Shown here: positions 49,675 through 56,925 of the stretch, piece after piece | Layout of the letters: the number at the start of each line of letters is the position of its first letter | How positions within the stretch are numbered: the stretch's first letter is position 1 | DNA from: Candidatus Nanoarchaeia archaeon | GTDB taxonomy: Archaea > Nanobdellota > Nanobdellia > Tiddalikarchaeales > Tiddalikarchaeaceae | Length of the DNA stretch: 64,000 nt | Assembly (NCBI GenBank): GCA_041653395.1 | Contig: JBAZFK010000001.1 | Span: 66,728-130,727 of the forward strand | Reading direction: 5' to 3' | Notes under the pieces: generated by a model | Databases searched by the model: none | What the model was told of the DNA's origin: nothing | Seen by the model: the letters and a program-made list of their open reading frames with translations, nothing else | Program-made: the position numbers and the translations under genes

Positions 49675-50292
49675 AAAATTTATGCATTTCTTGATTTTAT
49701 TTATGAAATAACTTCAAATTTTTTTCTTGGATGGAAATATGTTGGAAATACTTTTGATATCTATTCAATAAAAAACATTCATCCAACTATTATAAAAATA
49801 TTAGAAAATAAAGCTAAAAAAAAACAGAAGCTTTGGAATAAAAAAAATAAGGGATTTATTTCATTAGGCAGGACTATTAGGGGAGTAAAAAATGAACATG
49901 ATATTCCTTCAGTTATTGTTTATGTTAATGGAAACACTTGGAAATATAAAGGTAAGAAATCTTCAAGTCAATGGATTGATAATCATGGCCATGGAGGAAG
50001 ATTAAGTTCTGGAATGAAAATTTGGAGAAAATTAAAAAATAATAAAAATAAAACTCCAAAAATTCTTTTATTATCTGAAAAAGTAGGTAAATGGAAAGAA
50101 AAAAGAGAAACTAAACATTTTTCATATCCAACTAATCCTTGGCCTAATAATATAAGATTACCAGAATATGTTAATGGGAAAAAAGTAAGATTTTGGAAAC
50201 AACAAAGTGATGATGATTCTGAAGGATATGTTATTCCTATTTTTTATAAAAACCCCAAAGATAAGCTTTTTAATAAGAAATTATTAAAATAA
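49633..50292 (+). CDS. Hypothetical basic Trp/Lys-rich protein.
   Basis: The ORF's 3' end and downstream region are repeated at 50933. Confidence 0.3.
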   Translation: MIRHIFWAVIIVFQKIYAFLDFIYEITSNFFLGWKYVGNTFDIYSIKNIHPTIIKILENKAKKKQKLWNKKNKGFISLGRTIRGVKNEHDIPSVIVYVNGNTWKYKGKKSSSQWIDNHGHGGRLSSGMKIWRKLKNNKNKTPKILLLSEKVGKWKEKRETKHFSYPTNPWPNNIRLPEYVNGKKVRFWKQQSDDDSEGYVIPIFYKNPKDKLFNKKLLK

Positions 50293-50330
50293 ATAATATG
50301 AAATGGTGGTATTGGGTATTAATAATTGGA
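50257..50330 (+). repeat. Direct repeat, copy 1 (about 75 nt, 51-nt identical core). It spans the gene 3' end, the intergenic region and the MKWW start module.
   Basis: AAAGATAAGCTTTTTAATAAGAAATTATTAAAATAAATAATATGAAATGGT is identical at 50933. Confidence 0.8.
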
Positions 50331-50915
50331 TTTTTTTTCTTTTATATGAATTCTATTAAATATTTTGAATCTATTATAATTTTATCAATATTACTTTTAC
50401 CAATATTAGGATTAATATTAATTCCACTTATGCTTATAAAAAATCAAGCTGATAAAAAAGAAGAAGAAAAATTGGAAACACAAATAACAGAAAAAGAAAG
50501 AATGGAAGAAGAAAAATTGGAAAGACAAAGAAAACAAGAAGAAAGAATGGAAGAAGAAAAATTGGAAAGACAAAGAAAACAAGAAGAAAGAATGGAAGAA
50601 GAAAAATTGGAAAGACAAAGAAAACAAGAAGAATCAATAAATAGTGAAATAAAAAAACGGAATAAATCATATTTAAAAAGTTCTCATTTTATAAAGACTG
50701 AAAAAAAATCATTAGATGATAAAATATTTTGTTTAAAATGTCATAAAAGATATGAAAATACTTTTGACAGATTTCTGTGCCATTATTGTGATAACTATTA
50801 TTGTTCCTCCCATAGATTACCCGAAAATCATAATTGTAAAGGTAATTTAAAATCACATTCTTCAAGTTTAATGGAGTCCTATTCTAAAGGAAACTTAACC
50901 GCAAGAGGAAAATAA
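50298..50915 (+). CDS. Membrane-anchored AN1-type zinc-finger protein with an internal 15-aa x3 charged repeat.
   Basis: It has an N-terminal TM (MKWWYWVLIIGFFFFY), the repeat ERMEEEKLERQRKQE x3, and C-x2-C-x12-C-x2-C-x4-C-x2-H-x5-H-x-C (CLKCHKRYENTFDRFLCHYCDNYYCSSHRLPENHNC), which is an exact AN1 spacing. Confidence 0.55.
   Translation: MKWWYWVLIIGFFFFYMNSIKYFESIIILSILLLPILGLILIPLMLIKNQADKKEEEKLETQITEKERMEEEKLERQRKQEERMEEEKLERQRKQEERMEEEKLERQRKQEESINSEIKKRNKSYLKSSHFIKTEKKSLDDKIFCLKCHKRYENTFDRFLCHYCDNYYCSSHRLPENHNCKGNLKSHSSSLMESYSKGNLTARGK
50496..50630 (+). repeat. In-frame tandem repeat of 3 x 45 nt inside the AN1 protein gene.
   Basis: Three perfect copies encode ERMEEEKLERQRKQE, preceded by a degenerate partial copy. 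Confidence 0.85.
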
Positions 50916-50932
50916 TATTCTAAAAAGTCCTT

Positions 50933-51006
50933 AAAGATAAGCTTTTTAATAAGAAATTATTAAAATAAATAATATGAAATGGTATCATGGGGTATTAATA
51001 ATTGGT
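50933..51006 (+). repeat. Direct repeat, copy 2 (duplicate of 50257-50330).
   Basis: See copy 1. Confidence 0.8.
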
Positions 51007-51480
51007 ATAATTTATTTTTTAATTTCTAATTTAAATTCAGATGTTATTTCTGATTCAAATTCAGAGGTTACAGGTTTAATTACTGCTAGTTCTAATCCTT
51101 TATCTACTTATGAATTAGAGGATATTTTTATGAGTATGAGTGTAGAAGGTGCCTATGATTATAGAACTCAACTCTTTGAAGGAGATGCATATTATGCATT
51201 TAGCGATTTGTTTCCATTAAATAGTGAGTGGGAATATGTTTATACTCCTTTAGGGTATGATGAAAATATGAATTATCATAATCCTAAGGATTTTTGTCAT
51301 GCTGGTTCAAGTCAGGGAGAAAATGTTAATTATGTTTATTGTTCATTCCCTGTTAAAATAACTCCTGTTAGTAATGATGGAACTATTGGGATTGTTAAAA
51401 CAATAAATTTAAATGTAAAAATTGATTCATATTGTTTTCGTGAACCATTTCCTTATTGTGTTTTTACAATAAAAGAATAA
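50974..51480 (+). CDS. Membrane-anchored hypothetical protein sharing the duplicated MKWYxxVLIIG N-terminal module.
   Basis: Its N-terminal TM segment is paralogous to the 50298 ORF start and to the C-terminal anchor of the 52673 ORF. Confidence 0.35.
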   Translation: MKWYHGVLIIGIIYFLISNLNSDVISDSNSEVTGLITASSNPLSTYELEDIFMSMSVEGAYDYRTQLFEGDAYYAFSDLFPLNSEWEYVYTPLGYDENMNYHNPKDFCHAGSSQGENVNYVYCSFPVKITPVSNDGTIGIVKTINLNVKIDSYCFREPFPYCVFTIKE

Positions 51481-51482
51481 AA

Positions 51483-52024
51483 TTAGTATTTGAGCATCAT
51501 TTCTCTTTTTAGGTGCCTTAAGGCTTTGAAGAGCAGTTTCTCGTTTAGGTTTAACTTTGTAGCTATTGCTGTCATTTTTAGTTCTCCTCCGTAGTTCTTG
51601 ACTACATAATATGCTAGGGCTCCTATTGATAGGCCTAGTTCTCTGCCTTGTGTCAGGTTGCTTTGTAAGGCTTTGAAGTATAGCCTTTTGATTTCGCTTA
51701 TTTGGTGCTCTTTTAGCTCCAATTTATCGCACATTATGTCTATTTCTGGTTCGTTTATTCCGAATCTTCTCTCATTGTAGTTTGTCATATTTACCCGCAC
51801 CTCACAGGGCAAGCCATACTTATTATTATGGCTCTGCCGTTTATTATTTTTGCTTCAGTCAATGTTTGCCTGAAGTTGCATCTCCAAGCATTGTACAAGC
51901 TTTCCTTAGTTGCCTTCACGTTCCCTCCATAATAGATGTAGTTATCTATTACATAGCCGCAGTGATAGCAGTAGTACTCGTATCTCCCTTTCATCATTAC
52001 TATGTCGCAGTTAGGACAAAGCAT
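51483..52024 (-). pseudogene. Minimal TFB/TFIIB-like gene, frameshifted. A Zn-ribbon ORF runs 52024-51791 and a single cyclin-fold ORF runs 51812-51483.
   Basis: The upstream ORF has the TFIIB Zn-ribbon MLCPNCD...YYCYHCGYV. The downstream ORF has the cyclin-like helix ELGLSIGALAYYVVKNYGGELKMTAIA. They overlap by 22 nt in different frames. Confidence 0.4.
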
Positions 52025-52219
52025 AAATTAACACCTCCATTTAATGCTTTTTTTTTAACCTAATTACATTTTAACAAAAAAATTATTCAAAAACTCTTAT
52101 TCAATAGTTTTAAAAGATTAATCTGACGTTGTCTATGCTTTTACTACTATACTGCTATAATAAAATATAGTTGACATCATAATAATATGGTGTGTTAAAG
52201 TAATATATAAATACTCTTT

Positions 52220-52459
52220 TTAGTATTTCAGCTTGCGTTTTATCTTGAACTCTTCATTCTTCTTCTTAACATATTCTATTATATCAATTGGAACTCTCTT
52301 GCCAATGTATCTGATGATTTCAGGCCTGACTTTGCCATTTACCCTTATACTCATAGCTACATAATAGTAAACTCCGAGTTTTCCGTTTTTTAGTGTGACT
52401 ATTTTCTTTTTTATATACATAAAAAGTATTGTTCCTAAAGAAATATTTAAACAAAACAA
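52220..52459 (-). CDS. Small basic protein, possibly a beta-sheet DNA-binding (integrase-N/AP2-like) domain.
   Basis: KKIVTLKNGKLGVYYYVAMSIRVNGKVRPEIIRYIGKR is the basis, by pattern impression only. Confidence 0.2.
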   Translation of the reverse strand: MFCLNISLGTILFMYIKKKIVTLKNGKLGVYYYVAMSIRVNGKVRPEIIRYIGKRVPIDIIEYVKKKNEEFKIKRKLKY

Positions 52460-52482
52460 GCTAAGTTCTTACTGTTCTAAAA

Positions 52483-52613
52483 TGCGGATTTACGGATTTG
52501 CTAAATTGAAGGCTTGCTGTTTAATTTTGTTCGTTTTTAACAAATTCGCGAGCCGCGAATTTCTTATTTTTGCATAAAATAAACAATCAAGCCTTATTGC
52601 TAAGAAATCCGCA
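52483..52613. promoter_or_regulatory. Divergent intergenic control region: 9-nt inverted repeats TGCGGATTT at 52483-52491 and 52605-52613, flanking a GC-rich palindrome AAATTCGCG-AGC-CGCGAATTT (52542-52562).
   Basis: I saw these in the sequence. It is a perfect 9-bp-arm palindrome in AT-rich DNA between divergently transcribed genes. Confidence 0.35.
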
Positions 52614-52672
52614 AATACGGAAAAATAAAGTGTAAGAAATGCTTTTAAATAGAATTAAATATTTATTTTATT

Positions 52673-53983
52673 ATGGTAATTAAGGATAAAATCCTTGAAT
52701 TTAAGAAAAGTAAATTCAAAAGTGTTGTTGAATCTGTTTGTAAAGCTAGAAATTTGTCATTACCCACTATTAATTTTGATGGTTGTTCTGAAGAAACAGA
52801 AAATCAATTAGCACATTATCATAAAGATAATAATACTATTTGTGTTTCAGAAAGACAATTAAATAAAATGAATTCTGATGTTTTAGAAAATAACGCAGCT
52901 CACGAAGTAAGTCATATTCTTGAATTTAATCATAGTTCAAGTTTTCATAATGAAAATGCTATAAGTCGTCAAGCATCTTTTGTTAAAAAATATAATCAAA
53001 AAAGTCCTGATATAAGTGATTTAAAAGAAAAAGAAGCAGATAAAGATGAATGTGCTTTTCATCTGTGTCATTACAAAGGTGATGAATTATATTATTGTTC
53101 TTTTTGTAAAAAATATTACTGTCATAAACATAAAATACCAAAGTCTCCTTCCATGCCTAATTTTAGATCTGCATCATTAGAAAATGAGGATAAATTATAT
53201 GATTATAGACAAGAAGGTCATCCATGCCCTAATTTTAGAGGATATTATCATGAAGATGTTCATGATCAAAAAATAATTGTTAAAAATATTGAAAGAAAAC
53301 CAAAAATAGATATTAAGGAAAATCAAAGGATAAAAAAAGAAGAATGTGGTCAAGCATTAGATAAGGCACTAAAAACTCCTATAAATAAAAACAATTTCAA
53401 TTCTCAAAAAAAAGAACAGGTATATGTTGATCAATGGATTAACCTAGGTTATGGACAAAAAACTGCTAGTGAATCACTTAATAACTCAAAAAAATATAAA
53501 TCTATTTATGATGAAGATAATGCGCAAATAAAAAATGAAATCTGTGATTTTTGTAAAGATAGAGTTTCTAATGTATTTTATTGCGAACATTGTAACAAAT
53601 ATTTTTGTTATAAACATAGAAATACTCAAAGTCATAACTGTAAAGTTGATAAAAATTCAGAGTATTATAAGAAAAAACTAGAAGGACTTAAAAAAACTTC
53701 AGAAGCATATAATAAATTAAAAAAAGTAAAAAATGAAGATATTAAAGAAGATGAAAAAGAAGTTGTTGAAATTAAACCAGAAATACAAAACAAAAAAACC
53801 ATAAAATGGTATTGGCCAATAATAATTGGTTTTATTTTATTTTATTTAAATTCATTTTTAATTTATATTGATTCATTCAATTATTATGAAAATATTTTTA
53901 TTCTTGTAATATTTTATTTTGTAATTATTTTATTTTCAGTAATTATTTCAATTATTTTATTTTTAAATGAAAATCATAAATAA
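52673..53983 (+). CDS. SprT/Wss1-like HExxH zincin fused to two AN1-type zinc fingers and a C-terminal transmembrane anchor.
   Basis: It has ICVSERQL...AAHEVSHILEFNHSSSFH (SprT-like), CDFCKDRVSNVFYCEHCNKYFCYKHRNTQSHNC (AN1 spacing) plus a degenerate first finger, and a C-terminal WYWPIIIGFILFY TM segment. Confidence 0.5.
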   Translation: MVIKDKILEFKKSKFKSVVESVCKARNLSLPTINFDGCSEETENQLAHYHKDNNTICVSERQLNKMNSDVLENNAAHEVSHILEFNHSSSFHNENAISRQASFVKKYNQKSPDISDLKEKEADKDECAFHLCHYKGDELYYCSFCKKYYCHKHKIPKSPSMPNFRSASLENEDKLYDYRQEGHPCPNFRGYYHEDVHDQKIIVKNIERKPKIDIKENQRIKKEECGQALDKALKTPINKNNFNSQKKEQVYVDQWINLGYGQKTASESLNNSKKYKSIYDEDNAQIKNEICDFCKDRVSNVFYCEHCNKYFCYKHRNTQSHNCKVDKNSEYYKKKLEGLKKTSEAYNKLKKVKNEDIKEDEKEVVEIKPEIQNKKTIKWYWPIIIGFILFYLNSFLIYIDSFNYYENIFILVIFYFVIILFSVIISIILFLNENHK

Positions 53984-54044
53984 AAACTATTTTCTAAAAT
54001 AATAATCTTTTATTTATATATTTCTTTGTTTCTATTAGTATTTC

Positions 54045-55193
54045 ATGTTAGATGATGCTCCAGCTTTACTAAAGGATAAGAATTTCTTGGATGTTTTGCA
54101 TAATGAATGGAATAAGAGAATAGTTGGAGAAGTAATGGCTAGGGAAATAATCTTTGCTATGTGCCTTGGAGGGTGCTTATGTATGAATGCCCAAAAAACA
54201 AGCAATAACTTAATAGTTAACAGCAAGAGTGGTTCAGGAAAGGACTACATTACTACTCAAGTGTTAAATATCATTCCTGGAAAGGAATCTAAATGGATTA
54301 AAAGAACCAGAATTACTAAGACTGCGTTCACTTATTGGCATAACAGCATTATTGAGCCTAACTGGACATGGAATAATAAGATATTTTATGGAGAAGATAT
54401 GAGCAGTGATGTGATTAACAGTGATGTTTTCAAAGTTATTTGCTCAGGAGAAAACTACTCTACTATTGTTAAGGATCAGAAAGCTATTGAATTAAAGATT
54501 AACGGCAAGCCAAGTATTATAGTTACTGCAGCCAAAGCCATACTAGAAGAGGAGTTGCTTAGAAGGTTCGCAGTATTGAATTTAGATGAGTCTAAAGAAC
54601 AGGATGATTTAATCATTGACTTTCACTCAAAAGCTGCAATGAATGAAGGCCTGCTTAACTACGATGAGTCTGTGATGAAAGCTCTTGATAGTTTAAGACC
54701 TGTTAGTGTGGTCATAGATTTCGCCAACAAGTTTGGAAAATACTTCAAGGAAATGAATGCTAATGTTATAGTCAGAACTAATTATAATAGATTCATTGAC
54801 TTAATCAAGTATAGTGCAGTGTTATTTCAGCATCAGAGATTCTGGCTAGATGGAAGCACCATTAAAGCAGAGCCTGAAGATTATGATAGGGCTATTGAAT
54901 GGTTCACTTACTTATTCAAGAATCCATGCTTATTGCCAATCACTAAGGATCAGCAGAAGCTCATTCAAGTAGTGTGGGATTTGAAGCATGCAACAGTGGA
55001 TGAAATCATTTCAGAAGTAACCTTTGCAGGAAGAACATGGGTATATACTAACTTAAACTTATTAACAGAGAAAGGATTCCTAGAAAAGACTAGAATAGAT
55101 GATGAGTTATCCAATTCAAGAAAAAAACTGGATTCTTACACAGCTACAGGCCAAGCCAAAATAAAGCTGCCTTACTGGGTAGACTTAGAGTAA
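54045..55193 (+). CDS. P-loop NTPase with a C-terminal winged-helix domain, a putative replication/partition protein of the element.
   Basis: It has a Walker A-like VNSKSGSGKD, an acidic FYGEDMS stretch, and a C-terminal wHTH-like QQKLIQVVWDLKHATVDEIISEVTFAGRTWVYTNLNLLTEKGFLE. Confidence 0.35.
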   Translation: MLDDAPALLKDKNFLDVLHNEWNKRIVGEVMAREIIFAMCLGGCLCMNAQKTSNNLIVNSKSGSGKDYITTQVLNIIPGKESKWIKRTRITKTAFTYWHNSIIEPNWTWNNKIFYGEDMSSDVINSDVFKVICSGENYSTIVKDQKAIELKINGKPSIIVTAAKAILEEELLRRFAVLNLDESKEQDDLIIDFHSKAAMNEGLLNYDESVMKALDSLRPVSVVIDFANKFGKYFKEMNANVIVRTNYNRFIDLIKYSAVLFQHQRFWLDGSTIKAEPEDYDRAIEWFTYLFKNPCLLPITKDQQKLIQVVWDLKHATVDEIISEVTFAGRTWVYTNLNLLTEKGFLEKTRIDDELSNSRKKLDSYTATGQAKIKLPYWVDLE

Positions 55194-55513
55194 GGCTAAT
55201 TGTTTTTATATTACTTTATTATTATTAATTATCATGGATAAAGAACTTGAAAAATTTTTTACACCAGTTGAATTAAAGATACTGGAAATAATTGAAGAAG
55301 CAAAGAAAGAAAAGAAACTAAAAGAAGAACAAGAAAAAAACAAAAAGAAAGAATAAAACTAATCTTTTTATTATTTTTTTATTAATAGAAAATTCTAACA
55401 ACGTTTTTAATTAATCAATGCTTAATTTTAACCTGCAAATCATTTATCGGGAAAACACTGAAGGATAATTGTTGACTTTTGATTGATTGGCGTATATACT
55501 TAGTATAGGCAAG

Positions 55514-55526
55514 CCTGTTCATAGCG
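55514..55526 (+). repeat. 13-nt exact direct repeat of the tRNA-Ser 3' end (CCTGTTCATAGCG), a candidate attR.
   Basis: It is identical to 44901-44913. It is GC-containing, so a chance match is unlikely in AT-rich DNA. Confidence 0.4.
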
Positions 55527-55664
55527 AAAAATTCTATTCTTAGTTGTTAATACTAAATTAGTGTTTAAAGAAAATATTTTTCGGAGTCAAAAAATATGAA
55601 TAGTATCACAAAAATAAGCTGAGTAAACATAGTTTTATAACTTATTGAATTATTATTAAAAAAC

Positions 55665-56813
55665 ATGAAAAAAACTTATTTAATGCTTTTATTTTTAATT
55701 ATTTTTATTTCCGGATGCTCGCAGCAGCAAACTGGAAGAATGGCTTATACTGAAGATTTGAACATTTATGGTGAATTAATTGATTATTCTCAAAATGGTA
55801 ATTTTACTTTTTTTAAAATTCAGCCCGGATTTGTTGATTACGAATTGAATGATTCCTTGCTTGATATTAATTTAATATACATGAAAACGTTTAGCAAGTT
55901 AGATGAGTTAATTATTTGCTTAGGGCTTTATACTGAAGATTATGGTTCTTCAGGCTTTGTGGGAATGCTAAGAAATGATTATATTAGTTTGGATTCATAC
56001 TTAAAGGAAAAAGGAGTCAGTGCTGATAAGCTTGATTCATGCAAATCAAGTGTTTTTGAAGAGGCTAAGCAGGAGCTAGGTTGCATCAATGCTTATTTAT
56101 CTGAAACTTATATGGACAATATAAAAAAAGGATATGGTGATTTTTGGAATTTTGGAGTTTCATGTTATATGAATATTAATATAACTAAAGGAAATTCTTA
56201 CGCTTTTTATTTTATCAGAGAGGAAAATAGCGAGCCTTGGTCTTTATTAAGCTTTTCTCAAAATTTCAGCAAATATGCAAAAGAGGGTGCCTTTGGTCAT
56301 GAGCGAGACCTGATGATTGACAATAGAAACTTGTTAATTAGTGATGGCGGATCAGGAAGCGCTTCAAGAATAATGCCCCAAATTATTTATAGGGGAGCAT
56401 CCAGCATTAATTCAACTTTAGTTAATAATCAGGATGTTAATATTAGTTATAGAATTAAAAATTTAAGATTAATTAATTTGATTGGGAATTGCAATGTTAA
56501 TTTTGATGAATTAAATCATTCAATCCAAGCGAAATCTAGTGAAACATTAAACTTTGATTTAAACTGCTCTGAAAATGTTGAATTATCAGGCTTTTATTAC
56601 TTATGTTCAGGAGGTTCGAGAAAAAACTGCGCTGAAAGGCCTGATTTTCCAAACTCATTTGTATGTGACGAATGCCCGAACAATGAAACATTCAGTGTAG
56701 TTTATGTTAATAATGATGTTCAACTTGTCGGAACACTTGAATACGCTGATGAGCTAGGAAATCTTCACATTATCTTTGATAAAGAATTCAGCCAAAATAT
56801 AGAGATTAAATGA
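55665..56813 (+). CDS. Secreted lipoprotein with a Cys-rich C-terminus.
   Basis: It has the lipobox FISGCSQ and a signal peptide. Confidence 0.35.
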   Translation: MKKTYLMLLFLIIFISGCSQQQTGRMAYTEDLNIYGELIDYSQNGNFTFFKIQPGFVDYELNDSLLDINLIYMKTFSKLDELIICLGLYTEDYGSSGFVGMLRNDYISLDSYLKEKGVSADKLDSCKSSVFEEAKQELGCINAYLSETYMDNIKKGYGDFWNFGVSCYMNINITKGNSYAFYFIREENSEPWSLLSFSQNFSKYAKEGAFGHERDLMIDNRNLLISDGGSGSASRIMPQIIYRGASSINSTLVNNQDVNISYRIKNLRLINLIGNCNVNFDELNHSIQAKSSETLNFDLNCSENVELSGFYYLCSGGSRKNCAERPDFPNSFVCDECPNNETFSVVYVNNDVQLVGTLEYADELGNLHIIFDKEFSQNIEIK

Positions 56814-56925
56814 TATTAATAGAAAATTCAGGAAATATTTATATAAAATCGCTGATTTATTTGATCTTTGTAAATAAAAAAACATGCTAAAATTAATAGC
56901 GGTTGACCTTTTACGTACCGCGTGC

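Larger units (their letters stand above)
44914..55526. mobile_element. Putative integrated or decayed mobile element inserted at the tRNA-Ser 3' end. It is bounded by a 13-nt direct repeat of the tRNA 3' end. No integrase is recognised.
   Basis: The repeat CCTGTTCATAGCG occurs at 44901-44913 and 55514-55526. The region has a GC-rich patch, duplicated gene ends, a TFB-like pseudogene and a Rep-like P-loop/wHTH gene. Confidence 0.3.

Noticed and set aside
50496-50630. I considered whether the tandem repeat was a possible CRISPR array.
   Set aside because: The repeats are contiguous with no spacers and in frame inside a coding sequence. No cas genes are nearby. No CRISPR is present in the window.
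50418-50670. Two minus-strand ORFs (FFFFHSFF... repeats) overlap the 45-nt tandem repeat.
   Set aside because: They are a mirror translation of the plus-strand charged repeat. The plus-strand gene has a TM anchor and an AN1 finger.
55232-55354. A 40-aa KE-rich ORF (MDKELEKFFTPVELKILEIIEEAKKEKK...) follows the P-loop gene.
   Set aside because: It has no clear RBS and is only a low-complexity charged run. It could be real, but I cannot support it.
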